64,000 bases of DNA from the human T2T-CHM13v2.0 reference genome, Homo sapiens. Of this stretch, positions 1 to 13,159 are shown piece by piece. The notes under the pieces were generated by a model that made no database searches, had not been told where the DNA came from, and saw nothing but the letters and a program-made list of their open reading frames with translations. Each line of letters begins with the position of its first letter. Within the stretch, counting starts at the first letter, position 1. The stretch lies in NCBI RefSeq assembly GCF_009914755.1, contig NC_060936.1; one strand, 5' to 3'. The position numbers were made by a program, and so were the translations under genes.

Positions 1-1799
1 AAATGTTGCTGTATGTTCTCATGACACCAACTCAGGAGAGGGAGTAGGTGCATTCCAAGCCTCTATTCATAGTTCAGTGATCTGACCCAGAATTATGGGG
101 TAGATACATTCAATAAAGAAAGAATGTCAAACGTAGCTAAAACCACAGAGACACGGACTTGGATTATAGAGAAGAGAGAGTCATGCTGATTTATTTCTAT
201 CTCCTATGAGAGAAGCAATTACCCAAACCCACAATCTATTGGAAAATCTCACGTGGAAGATACAAAAGTTACGGGACTTTTTGTCAGCCCGAAGAATGAC
301 CACGTAAAAAATCCCAAGTCCCCTCAGCAGACTGCGAATGTGCATGATTCTTTTCCAGCTCAGGGCTCTCCATTTTTTCTTAACCCCAGGCTGAATCAAA
401 GTGTGCAGATGTTTTCTGAGTTAGATCCCCTGTGCCTCTGCAGGTTCTGGTCCTGCACCTTTGATGGCCTCAGTATTCCCTGCAAGATGCACCTGCCTTG
501 ATTTCACTGCCTGATAACAATTAGAGATTCTATTAAACAATCTCTGCATAAAAGGTTTAGAGGATATGATGCAGAGAAATTAAATGAGCCAGAATGTAGA
601 TGCCTATAGTGTTTGCAATAATGCTTAATGTCAAACTAGGTGGAAAATGATGCTTTGCAGATGCTGCGTTATTTTTCAGGAGAACAGCTGATAGTCACCC
701 CACAATATTTTCAGCGTGTGTTTTTCCTCTAATAATGGGGAGTCAACTGACAGACCCAGTAGCACCAGGCATTCCACAGGAAGTAAACTTGTTGGTCATC
801 ATCTGGAAGTTTGACAGTGACATTAAAAAGCATGTTCACCCAATTTAAATAAAAGCTTAGTGAATTAAGAACTAGTTCCAAAGCTTTCCCTGCTGGCCTA
901 TTATAATGACCTCATTGGGATCTCCTTCTTCACAAAACCTGGGTCATACTGAACATGCCACAGTTAAAAATATGGCTGGGGAGAAATGGTACTAGTGTGG
1001 AGTGTCAGTATTTTCCTTTATGGTTTCAAAACCTGATGACATATTTTAATTTCCCAAGTCCCTTTCCTTGCTGCAAGGCCTCTTTTTCCAAATCCCTTTC
1101 TGGGGGTGAGATAATGGCATTCACATCTGCTTTATCAGCTGAATGCGGTGTTTCAAACTCATGGGATTGACTTTGAGGATTTATTTAATTTGCACGCTTG
1201 AAACAACTGCAGTCCTTCCCCAGCCATGGCATCTCATGGATGGCACAAAGAGTGAGGTTGGACTTCTTGGTTGCTCTTAATTTCACAGCCATGGTGGCCT
1301 CATTCTTCACATGCCAAGGGCAGCAATGGGACATCAATTTGAAATCAGTGACATGAGAGGTGACCTTGGAGTCTTAAGACCTAAGTCCAGGCCCCAGATT
1401 TGTTCCCAACTTATGGGACTGCTTAAGTTCTACCTGCTGTTTCCCTACCTATAAAGAGATGATGCTTATTCTATCTGATGCTGGGAGTCACAGAAAGAGC
1501 AAATGAGCTCAGGTGTGTGACACACTGTCCAAAATAAGCACCTGCTAAGGTCAATCATCTCCTACTTGGACCCAGGGCATCCTCCTTGGGTTTGTGGTTC
1601 CTGGGATTATGAAGTCTACAGAGAAGACAGAACCCAGTCTCAGCACTGCTGCAACCTCACTGGGATGGGAAGCCCCATGGGTGGGATGCATCAGTGAAGA
1701 AAACATGCAGAATGATTTCACAACTGTGACATTTTCCATTGTGCAATGTCACCTCCAATCTCTCCATTCTGCCTGCACCCAACATGTTGAACTTGTAGC

Positions 1800-2285
1800 T
1801 ATGGGGAAGGTCAATCATCCATGGGTCAATCATCCTGAGTGCCCCTGTGCATTCTTCCTGGGCATTCTGAGAATGTAAGGCACAAATGCTTTTTGTTCAG
1901 GCCATCTCTCAAGCTTGTGTTTTCCGTGAGCCACCTTGAGAGATGAGGCAATGTCTTCTTCTACAGAAGAAGCAGACTTCTTTACTGCTCACTGTAAAAG
2001 TAGTACGTTTCCCAAGTCTATGTTCCTCAGCTGGGACATAAACCACTGCATGAGCATCACTTGCCTGGGAACTGACCTTTGTGTGGTCCCAGGTGGACCT
2101 GGAGGCATTGGAAACTGACAGAACCTCATGAAGCTCAAAGCTGCCTTTTGTACTGTGAATAACAAAATCCTTTGCCTCTGACTCTGGAGTCTCATGTCTT
2201 CTGCTGGAATCCATGACACTATTAATAGCTTATTTTATTAGCTTACAAGTGGTGTAAAATTCTAGACCCCTCATGGTTCTTGATA
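1800..2285 (+). mobile_element. ERVL-class solo LTR (LTR41-like)
   Basis: 3' end ctttgcctctgactctggagtctcatgtcttctgctgg...cttacaagtggtgtaaaattctagacccctcatggttcttgata. Absent from duplication copy B. Confidence 0.65.
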
Positions 2286-2332
2286 TCGGCTTGTTATGAA
2301 AACACAGCTTAACTTTTGTCTCCCAATATTCC

Positions 2333-2624
2333 ATTGACTGATTGATTGATTGAGACAGGGTCTTGCTGTGTTGCCCAGTCTGGAGATCAGTGGTGTGATC
2401 ATGGCTCACTGCGGCCTCAACCTCCAGGTCTCAAGCAATCATCCCAATCCTCAGCCTTCTACGTAGCTGGAACTACAGGCGTTTGCCACCACACCTGCTA
2501 TTTTTTATAGAGACAGTTTTCGCCATGTTGCTTAGACTGGTCTCAAACTACTGAGTTCAAGCAATCCTCCCGCGTCAGCCTCCCAGAATGCTGAGATTAC
2601 AGGCATGAGCGACCGCCTGTGGCC
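2333..2624 (-). mobile_element. AluJ
   Basis: Dimeric Alu with (GATT)n tail and TSD ccaatattcc/ccagtattcc. Confidence 0.9.
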
Positions 2625-2839
2625 CCAGTATTCCTTTTAAATGTATTAACTGTTGGTTATTTTTCCCTGTCCTGGATAAACACTCCAGCAGACCTCCTGA
2701 TTTTTCTACTCCCTACTCATTACTAAGCTATCCCTTCATCAGCTGAGGTCATGCACCGTCCCTATTCACACTTAAAATATCTGGTCCAACAAACGGCAAA
2801 TCTGTTTTTGATTTAAATGGAGTCCTTTCCCCTCTCCTA

Positions 2840-3213
2840 GCTCACAACTGCTCCAGGCCTCTTTCTGTCTCTGGAACACACCAAGCCCATTTTCCCCTCA
2901 GAGCCTTGGCTCGCCATGCTCTTCGCCCTCCACGCTCCACAGTGGGGCCGCCTTGGCTCTTCTAGATCAAAGCCCCCACCCCAGTCCCTCACTCTCTACC
3001 TCACAGTCCTGCTTTATTTTATGCTTAGCAGCCATCAGCCTTTGAAATCATATTATGCTATGATTTTCTGTATATGCTTTCAATCTTTTTTGCCCCACTA
3101 GGGTGTAACTTCTGAAGACAATAATTTTGCCTCTCTGTTTACTCTATTCCTGGTACCTAAAACAGTGCTTGACTCGCAACAGATGCTCAATAACTGTCTG
3201 TTAAATGAATGAA
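2840..3213 (+). mobile_element. L2 3' end
   Basis: Ends ...acagtgcttgactcgcaacagatgctcaataactgtctgttaaatgaatgaa. Confidence 0.75.
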
Positions 3214-3344
3214 GGCCTTAACATACAAACTGCACACACCAAAACCAACCTCGTTTTATTTTTTTCTAAATATAAATGACTAATTGCACTCTCTTTCAAT
3301 CTCTGTCTCTATATATGGATACATATACATACATGTTTTGGAAA

Positions 3345-4230
3345 ATTCTCAAATCATGTTTTTCCTCTGCTACCACACTTCAATCAACCCAGGAGGCTTC
3401 TGTAACCAAATGTGTTGGATTTTTTCCCACCAACAAGCAGCGGACAACAGCTAGGTACCCCCCAGTGTCTCTGTTTCATCCTAGAATAGCGCCCAACCCA
3501 TAGTAGATATGCACAAATGTGAGAATTGAATAAATTAATGCTTATTGTTTGGTTGGGCTCCAAATGGGACACTTCCAGATAGCGTTCATTAAATTCCAAC
3601 ACTATCTACCTGGAGATAGTGTCAGATTCCACAGGTCAAGGACTCAGTCCCACAAGACCACCCCTCCTTCCCACCAGTCACAAGTCTGGGCCTCCAGAGC
3701 TTCTGAAAGACCAGCTTCAAGCTGGGAGCCCTATGAGCCGCTCTTTGGTTTTCATTGATTTGCTGGAGCCGCTCAGAAGACTGAAGAGAAATTCTTATGT
3801 TTACCAGCGTATTATAAAGGACACTGCAAAGGATGAAGATGAAGAGATGCTAGGGCAAGGTATGGGGGAAGGGATAGAGAGCTTCCATGCCCTCCTTGGG
3901 CGCCACGCTCCAGGAACCTCCACGTGTTCGGCTATCAGGAAGCTCCCTGAGCCCAGTCCTCTTGGGTTTTGATGGAAGCCTGGTGAGGTCAGCATTCCTT
4001 CCCTTAGGGTACAAGGTGGGGCCCTCTCTGGAGAGGGTCTTTATGAACCTCACTAGGGACAGAAGAGGATGATTAGAATTTTGCCTTCGGACAGGTGAAA
4101 AGAGGGCAGGAGAAAGCTGGAGAAAGTCTACTTACTGAGGTCTGCTCATGAGGCCTGACATATCCAACGTCATGAGAAAAGACTAATAGGGACTATGGGA
4201 GTTAGGAGCCAGGAACCTTGAAGGTAAACA
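3345..4230 (-). mobile_element. MER21-like ERVL LTR
   Basis: acactatctacctggagatagtgtcagattccacagg...ctcagtcccacaagac hallmark. Confidence 0.75.
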
Positions 4231-4437
4231 CATGTGCATATATGTATTGTGGTGATGTTTTATATTGATATATATAATATATAATAATACAATACTATAT
4301 AATATACATTAATATATTACATATCATTTATATATTAATATATATTAATATATATATTTATAGCTAGTAATATTAATATATGATATATATCATATATCAT
4401 GTGTTATCTATATTATATATCATATATAAAGACACCA

Positions 4438-4476
<39 letters not shown>

Positions 4477-4531
4477 TATGATTATGTGAAATTGGGTATC
4501 ATATGATGCCATTGCCATGGAAATTCTAGAG

Positions 4532-4749
4532 CAAGCTTGTCCAAACCATAGCCTGTGGCCTGCATGAGACCCAGGATGGCTTTAAATGTGCCCCAACACA
4601 AATCTGTAAACTTTCTTAAGGCATTATGAGATTTTTTGGAATTTTTCTTTTTAGCTCATCAGCTATTGTTAGTGTTAGTGTATTTTATGTGTTGCCCAAG
4701 ACAATTCTTCTAATGTGGCCCTGGGAAGCCAAAAGATAGGACCCTTCTG
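4532..4749 (-). mobile_element. MER30 (hAT-Charlie) DNA transposon
   Basis: caagcttgtccaa...gctcatcagctattgttagtgttagtgtattttatgtg...gggaagccaaaagat, with 8-bp TSD ttctagag/ctctacag. Confidence 0.9.
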
Positions 4750-5349
4750 CTCTACAGGATCCAGCTCTGAGTGCTATAACACTGATCTATAATTTAAGAC
4801 CTTTCAGGTGACATCTAGAAGAGGTTAATATATATTAATATGTAGAATATATTTTATATTAAGATATATTTATAAAGATGTATTTTATATTTCTATATCA
4901 ATGATACATAATATTTTATATGTAATATATGTCATATATTAATATATATTAGATATATCATGTCTATTTATTATCTATATAATAATGCCACAATACATAC
5001 TTACATATATGCAGTTGTGTGAAATGGAATATCATGTGATGCCATTTCCATGGAAACTCTGCAGGATTCAGCTGCGAGTGCCATGACCCTGACCTACAAC
5101 TTGTGACCGTTGAGGTGGCATCTAGCAGAGACAGCCAACAGGAATTTCGGTAAAAAGCTCAGGGAAACCAGTTGTTCTCTCACGGATACAAAGTCATCCA
5201 GCCAGCTATTGGGCTGAAATTATCTTTATTTTATTTCATATTCTACCATTATTGTCGTCTCAGCTAAATGTCTTCTTAACATCAGTTACATAACTGGGAA
5301 GACAGAAAGGTCCTCAGCCCAACCAAACAGTTAGCACCAATTAATGTGA

Positions 5350-6600
5350 TTCTCACATTTTCATGTACCTGCGATGGGTCGGGCACTATTTTAGGATAAA
5401 GTTGAAAACAAAACAGATAAGGCATTTCTGCCCACATGGAGCTGACATTCAGATGGTAAACACATATGTGGGTTAAGCATGTAACTGATCAGATAGTGAT
5501 GCATGCTATGGTCAACTCAGCATCCGGGAAGCAAAGTAGGAATTCTTTTTGAAGGGATGAAAGGATAGCAAGACTCACTGAGAAAGTAGAAGACACTAAA
5601 AAGAAAAAAAAAATTCCAGAACAAGGTCAGGATGTAAGTCCTGCAATTTCTTAGGGGGTCGGAGGGCATCCCAGGAAGAGGGAAGAGCTCATGCGGAAGC
5701 CCTGGGCAGGGAGGCTGTGGGGCACGTTCAAGGAACAGCAGTCGGAGCTGCACTGCCGGAGTGCAGTGAATGAATGGAGGGAAGGAAGGAAAGAAAGAAA
5801 ACAGGAGAGAGAGAGAGCCAGATGGTGTAGAGATTTTGTTTTTTATTCTGAATGAGGTGGGAACTGATTAGAGGGCTTTGAAGAGAGTGGCATCATCTAG
5901 ATCGTAATTTGAAATGCTTATTTCAGCTTCTGTAGGTGGCACAAGAAGAAGCAGGGATTCCAGAGGGGAAGCTGATGTAATGAACTCAGAGAGAGGACAG
6001 GGGACCTGGATCAGGGTGGCAGTCGTGAAACGGCGAAGAGTGGTCCATGTTCAGATACATTCTCATCATAGGGCCTATGAATGTCCCTGATGGATTGGGC
6101 TGGTGGGAGAGAGAAAGCAGCACCAAGCATGACCTCAAGATTGAAGACCTGAATACACGGAGAAGGCTGTTGGCAGAACAGATGAGGGTAGTGGTGGAAT
6201 TGGCAGCTATAATTGCAGGATGGGTGATGACGTAATGTTTGAGGTGAGTTCAGGATGGAGAATCTAGCTGGGCATGTATGTTCAGGACTCTTCAGAGAAC
6301 CGGTGACATGTAAAGTCATGGAATACTACAAGCCACCAAAAGGACAAATATGGGACTGGAAGACAAGTCTGAGGACTGAGCATTGACCCAGTCCACAAGC
6401 CAGGGACACCAAGAGCAGTCAGTCATGTCGAATGAATGAGAGAGGGCTCTCAGTGGGGCAGATGGAAAGCCAGGAACCTGTGACTCTCTAGAAGCCAGGT
6501 GTTTCAAGGAAGGTGGAGGGTTCCACCAAGTGCAATGCATGTTAAAGGAAGATGAGAACTGAGAGTCGACTTTGGGATTAGAGAACTAATGGGAATAATT
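5350..6600 (-). mobile_element. L2 fragment
   Basis: aaacagataaggcatttctgcccacatggagctgacattc...ttttattctgaatgaggtgggaactgattagagggctttg L2 motifs. Confidence 0.65.
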
Positions 6601-6780
6601 TCGTAGAGTGCTAGGTTCCAAACATACCAGCAAGTGCACATCCAAGCCCAGAGAAGAATTGCAACATGCCTGAGCTCACACAGTAAGTTAGCAGCATAGG
6701 TCAGGGTCAGATACTGGCCCCCAATTTATAGTTTTCTCATCGCCACAAAGAAAATAAGTCACCATTAAGAAGTCCAGAGT

Positions 6781-7018
6781 CGACCAGACATGGTGGCTCA
6801 TGCCTGTAATCCCAGCACATTGGGAGGCTGAGGCGGGTGGATCAAAAAAATACAAAAATTCGCCGAGCATGGTGGTGCTTGCCTGTAATCCCAGCTGCTG
6901 GAGATGCCGAGGTATGAGAATCTCTTGAACCCGGGAGGCAGAGGTTTCAGTGAGCCAAGATCCTCCAGCCTGAACAACAGAGCAAGAAACTTGTCTCAAA
7001 CAACAACGACAACAAAAA
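6781..7018 (+). mobile_element. Alu with internal deletion
   Basis: Left arm jumps from gggtggatca to the A-linker. TSD aagaagtccagagt/aagacgcccagagt. Confidence 0.88.
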
Positions 7019-8169
7019 GACGCCCAGAGTATAAGAATATAAAGCAAATCCAAGTCATAGTTGACTCTGCGACCAGCCGAAACAAATTATCTTTACTCTT
7101 TTTCTGGCAATACTAGCAGTCATGCCAGTCAAGGAAAAATACTGGAATTGATATCGTGCTTATCATCGAATGTCGACATGAATAGCAGTGCCCACAGAAT
7201 CCCGTTCTATGAGCTAAATATGGGTTTGTAAATGGGAATTAGGTAATAGGAAGTGAGTTTTTATCATGGTCAGACTGCAAGTCCAAATATTAGATGAACA
7301 CATTTCCTCCTCCGTAAATGCTGATCACATACCAGCTGCTAAATGCAATTTGTCTGCTGACATATGGTGGGAAATTCTCATGCTCATTAACAGAGAGCAT
7401 ATCATCATCATTATCATCATTGATTTCCAGTGACCGTGGCTCATTAAGGTTCTCCTGGGAATCTTGAACTGTAGTCCCACAGTCAAGGTGCCTGATGAAC
7501 GGTTTATCTCCCCATCACCCATCCCCGTGAGTGCCCATCTGCAGTGGCATCTGCCCCATGGGCTGAGGGAAAACAAGTCAAGGATTAGATCTGCTTCTGC
7601 ATAAAGTGTGGATCTTCCTGAGATGGCCTCTGCTGTGCTGAATAACATGAAAAAGATGCTTGTAGAACAAACACGTTTTTCAGGAGGTGAGGAATTCCAA
7701 GAGTGAATCCCAAGAGCACTAAGCTTCCAGAGGATGAGATTCAGCAGATGGTCTGACAGATATCACCAATGACAGTATCCAGTGGGAAAGTGTCTGACAC
7801 CAAGGTCATTCAGAGACTCCCTCACCCTCTGCCCTGGAGTGCCTCACATCTGGGAAGAAACCTATTTGCCCAAAAAGCAGCACACACCCATAGATTATCT
7901 GTCACTCAAGCAGAGACCCAGAATTAGGGTGCATATTCAGGAAGGAGCTTACTTTCGGAGTAGACATATATCCTGAAAGGAGCATGTAACAAGGGCATAC
8001 CTTATATTCAAAAACAGCACATCCAAAGCTTATTATTGGGCTTAATTATCCCAGTAATAGCTTAGGCCAAGGGATATATCGTGCTCGAGAAGTAGCAAGT
8101 GTCTAGGGAGTATTTATGCTTATGAGCCTGGAAGTGAACTCTCCCAGTGAATTTTTAATACTCTGGAAA

Positions 8170-8670
8170 TAGCATACTAAATTATACATGCACATGTCCG
8201 GCAATGGAAGTGTACTAGAATGTCTCACAACCTGAAAACCACACAAAGATTCATTAGGCATAAAATGGACAGATAAGCGGTGGCATTTTCTCACAGTGAA
8301 ATAAAACAGCAATGCAAATGAGTGAAATGCAAATATATGCAACATTACAGATGCCTTTTGCAAAAGTCATGTTGAGTAGCAGAAACCAACACAAAAGGCT
8401 ATATGCTGTGTGGTTCCATTTGTATGAGTTCTAAAATAACCAAAACTAACCTATGTTTTTATATATCAAATTAGTAGTTACTTGCAGAGGGGGTTAGTGA
8501 ATGAAAAGGGGTACAAGGGGGTTTCAGAGGTGCGTTGATTTCTTTTCTTTCTTTCGGTGCTAATGGAATCAAAGTATCTCCTTGTTGAAAATTAAGCATG
8601 TCATACACTTACTTTATGTGTATTCTTCTGTATTTATATTATACATGAGTTTAAAACTAAAAGGGTAAAA
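8170..8670 (+). mobile_element. Old L1M (L1ME-like) 3' UTR fragment
   Basis: atgttgagtagcagaaaccaacacaaaaggctatatgctgtgtggttccatttgtatgag motif. Confidence 0.7.
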
Positions 8671-8686
8671 TAAACCTTCAAGGAAA

Positions 8687-8688
<2 letters not shown>

Positions 8689-8727
<39 letters not shown>
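8689..8727. repeat. (CA)n microsatellite
   Basis: Direct inspection. Confidence 0.95.
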
Positions 8728-8731
<4 letters not shown>

Positions 8732-8891
8732 TCACAAACAGCAACAAAGTTAGCCCATGCTCAGGGAGCATCTTCTGTTGAAGGAGTAGCAAACTTCTAG
8801 GAAATATGATTATTTACACGCTCAGAAATAAACTATTTTCAATGTTTTATGTACACATATATACACATGTACATATGTAAATATATGTGTG

Positions 8892-8928
<37 letters not shown>

Positions 8929-9275
8929 TTTCTCCTGATGAGTAGCTTGGACATTGGGAAGACACCTATGTGACCAGGAAGTAGATTATCTCTAGAGGAC
9001 ACCTAATACTGGAGAAATAGCACCTGTCAGGAAGTATTTTATGCTGATGCTACCAGGTTGAAATGTATACATGGGGAATAATTTATACTCAGGCATAATC
9101 CAAGGAGTGTCTTACACATTCAGACCCAGGACAGCATATAGCCATGGAGTATTCTATGACAGCAAAGTAGCTTGGCATGCCCAGGAGGAAGCACAAACCT
9201 CAAAGAATTTGATTCTCAAGAGTGGTTTATAACTGGGAGCAGCTTCCTGCCCCATAGAGGCCAAGCTCACTGCTT

Positions 9276-9820
9276 GCAGTAGTCAGCTTCCTGGTAGCAA
9301 ATCCCTCATCCCCATATGCACGCTTCTTTGCCATGTGACTTTGATGTTGCTCCATCCAGCGGTGGAGTCTATTCCCTAAGTCTTTAGTCTGAACTGTCCT
9401 CTGAGTTGCAACAGAGGTGATATTGTGCAACTTCCAGAGTCTTGGCCTCAAGACCTTGCCGTTTCCACCTTCATCCTGTTAGGACACAGCCCCAAGAATA
9501 AGAAAGAACAAGAACAGGAACAAGAATTAAGAACAAAAACACCATGCATGGAAGCGGGTCCAGCCCACTAGAAGATGAGTGGCTGCATGAAGGAGGCTTG
9601 GGGTAGCCCTACCAACAGCGCTAAAAGTTTGACACCTGAGAAAGAAGGTCTTGGATATCCCAGATTGCCAACCCTCCACTATCTGCTTGAGTGGCGTGTC
9701 TGCACCCAGTACAAGAATGACCCATCCAACCTAAGTACTTGAATCTGCCACTCTTTAAAGAATTGTTGTAAGTCACAACATTTTGCGTAGCCTTTTTAGC
9801 AAAATGTAAACTGAAGCACT
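9276..9820 (+). mobile_element. MLT1 (MaLR) LTR
   Basis: ctttgccatgtgactttgatgttgctccatccagcggtggagtctattccc...ttccagagtcttggcctcaaga. Confidence 0.65.
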
Positions 9821-11211
9821 CCTGATCAGATTAATGGATCATGTAAATGGATTATGTAGCCAGTGGGAAGAGCTACTTACGGTTTCCTTTAAAGTTGGAG
9901 AAGTGGCCTTTAAAATTAGGTCTTGAAAAAGATATTAACCATTGACCTTGTATGGCTGCAGGGATGCTCTATTCTCATCATGCCCCTGCAGCCCGAGACG
10001 TGGTGACGGCCTCCCACTATTATTGGGTTCTGAGTGTCTCGCCAGCTCTCGGGTGTTCCTTTAGTTCTACCTGCGTCTCTCTAAGTCTTGCCCATTTCAA
10101 TGTCTCTTTATTTCAACCACCCAAGGAGGGTTGTGTCCAGCTTGGATTGTGGCTGGAATTTCCAACTCTTTCCATTTACAATTCGACCCACAAGAGTCTC
10201 TGTAGTATCAAAACCCTTCCAGGATGTGGGATGTATAATATCACAATATCTGGAAGCCAGTATGTGTATAAATATATGAATGACTGTATTTATACTACAT
10301 ATATACTGTGTGTGTGTATATATATGTATATATAAATAAAACATGCATATATAGTATAAATACTATATTATATATACAGTATGGTATAATAGTATATATA
10401 CACATGCTGTATGTATATATATATACTATCAGTGTGTGCATATATATACTATACCATATATCTACATAGTGCTACATATACATTATTATACTAAATATAT
10501 ATATATTTAGTAAACCAAACAGGATTTCTGCTCTAACAGCAATAAAGACAATTTTTCCCCCCAGATGGCACAGGCTTCTGTTTAGTGCTAGTTAACATTT
10601 GAATTAATAATTAGCAAAACATGAATAATCATTTCATTCATGAGGACAGAGGCTTGTCCCATGATCACAATGTCAGGCTGTGCATCGCCACCTCATTAAC
10701 TCCAGGGCGACCAGCCCGCACCTCAGAAAGCAAGATGCATCCGTCAAGAGTCGCACCTCCATGGAAGGCGTGTTGCTAATGTGAAATGTGCAGATCGTGG
10801 GGCTCCATTAATCACTAGGTCAGAGTCATGGCACAGCAGGTTCAATGCCCCACAGCTATTCCTCAGTCACAGTCTAAGGAGCTCTGCACGTGAGGGAGCG
10901 CAACGGCAATGACAGAGCATTGTTGCCTGCTTCCCTCAACACTGCCTACCGCAGTGCTTCATCTCTGCACGTGGCCCTCAATCCTGCTCTGGGCTGAGGC
11001 CTCTTTGCGAAAAATGAACAGCAAAGGTTTCTCACCTCCTGGAGAAGAGGAGAGTGAGATATTCTTAAGGCCTATGTGAGGATGCAGAGTGTGGGCTCCT
11101 TCCCTGCATCACGCTGCCCTCGACGACCAATAAAAAAGGTGCTATGGCTCTCAGGGCAAAGAGGTGCAAAGTTCTAATGAACGATTTGAGAAGAAAAAAA
11201 TGTCTCCAAGC

Positions 11212-11411
11212 CGTGGTTCTTAATCTGGTGCAATGTTGTCCCCCCAGGGGGCATTTGACAATTTCAGAGGTATTTTTCTTTGTCCCAGCTGGTGGCAGGA
11301 CATCTAGTGGGTTGAAGCCAGCACGATGAAACATGCTACATTGCACAGAGCAGCCCCACAACAAAGAATCATCCACTCCAAATGTCAATAGTGCTGAGCT
11401 GAAAAACCGTC
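11212..11411 (+). mobile_element. MER20 DNA transposon
   Basis: gtggttcttaatctgg...cccccagggggcatttgacaat...gccccacaacaaagaatcatcc...caaatgtcaatagtgctgag. Confidence 0.88.
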
Positions 11412-12873
11412 TCTGAAGAAGAATAGAGAAACCAGGGAAGAGCCACTTAATTGGGAGCATCACACCTGTCCAGTCCCCACCATGGACTCTCCTGGGACTC
11501 CAGCAAGTGCTGTGAATCTCTCCCCTAGAATCCACCACCATCATCCCATTCATTGACTTGGTGGGCCTACTCATATTCCTAAACAGGACATTTGTACTTT
11601 TACTCTCCTGCTCAATGTCACAATGACCCTCACCCCTGCTGTCTGAAGGGCTCAAGCATGGAGTAAAACATCTCCTGTTGCCTCAAAGCTCCCAGCTTTG
11701 TTTCTTGTTGCTTCCCTGCAATAGTCATTGGTTTGTGGCTTGTACTGTTATCTGACCATGCTCACTCAAGACTCAGTGCCATGCTCATGCTCTTCTTCTG
11801 CCAAGATTAGAGCCTTTCCTGTCCTATGACTGTCTGTCATAGTCCTGCTTAGTCCTTGACTTCTGCATGAGGCCTTTTCTGACTACTTCAACCCATGATC
11901 AATCCACTTCTCTCTCTCCTCATTCCTATTAAGTCATGCATGCCACAACCAAGCTGAAGTCCAGGATTTGTAAGTCTAATGCCTCCTGGGTGAGCTGTAC
12001 GCCCACAGCAATGGGGATGAGAACATAGGAAGTTGAAGAGGTGAGGCCACATTGGGGAATGAGGGCCTGTGATATCTACTGTTTTATGATGACTAGTGGT
12101 GACACACAGTGGGCCACTGGCCAGGGTACTTGGCGCCAATGCCTTCTGCAGACTGGCTTCAAGGGGAAATCCTGTCACAAGGAGTAAGTCATGGGGGAAA
12201 ATAAGGTGGCTTTTTTCTATTGGCTATTCCCCATTGGTTGAGTTTACACATAAGGTGTCACCCCTGCACAGTTTCTGGTTGCAACAACCCACTTCTTTTT
12301 ATGCTTCTGAGGATGCCTGATTATACTCCAGACTCTCCAGGTGGTGTGGAGTTGTATCCAAGTTCAGTAATGTCAGCAAGCCCCTGGCGATGTGGCTGGT
12401 TGGTCTGCATGTGCAGTGACAGCTCAGGGCAATGACCATATTGGCTTTTAGGAGCCACTGTCCAGAAAGCACGTGATTGCCCCAGTGATCTGAAGGCATC
12501 CACAAATTTGTACCAGATGCTGTAGATATGTGGGGGAAACATGTTCCCCTCTACGTGGGGTTAATCTTAATAAGGAGGTGCTCCGGCTCACCACACCCAT
12601 AAAATGTACTTAACCTGTGCAAAACCCTAGGAGTTGGCAATATGACTTTCCCCATTTTATTGGCGAGATTACAGGGACTCAGACATAGGGTTTTTACATG
12701 GTGAGTCAGGTAACCTCTGCTCAAACAAGGATTTAGACTAAGGTGTTTCTGGCTCCTGAGCCCTCCCTCCTAACTGTCTCTCATGCATGCATCTTTGTGG
12801 TGTTCTGCTTTAGTAGTTTAGGATGGATTCATCAGAATGGAATTACTGAGTTTTTGTGCCTGTGTACATAACA

Positions 12874-13159
12874 TTTTTTTTTTGAGACAGAGTCACCATG
12901 CTGGAGTGCAGTGGCGTGATCTCAGCTCAAACTGCAACCTTCGCCTCCCGGGTTCAAGAGATTCTCCTGCCTCAGTCTCCAAGTAGCTGGAATTATAGGC
13001 GCACGCCACCACACCCTACTACTAAATATTTTTGTATTTTTAGTAGAGACGGGGTTTCACCATGTTGGCCAGGATGGTCTTGATCACTTGACCTTGTGAT
13101 CTCCCCACCTCGGCCTCCCATAGTGCTGGAATTACAGGTATGAACCACCACGCCCAGCC
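12874..13159 (-). mobile_element. AluS
   Basis: Dimeric Alu with TSD acataaca. Confidence 0.92.

Larger units (their letters stand above)
1..2910 (+). repeat. Ancient local duplication, copy A
   Basis: Colinear diverged homology to 27905-29970, e.g. tcaggagaa.agctgatagtcaccc.acaat, caccaggcattccacagga and acagagaagacaga. Confidence 0.85.

Noticed and set aside
11065-11655. 196-aa ORF
   Set aside because: Runs through a MER20 element with no recognisable protein similarity.
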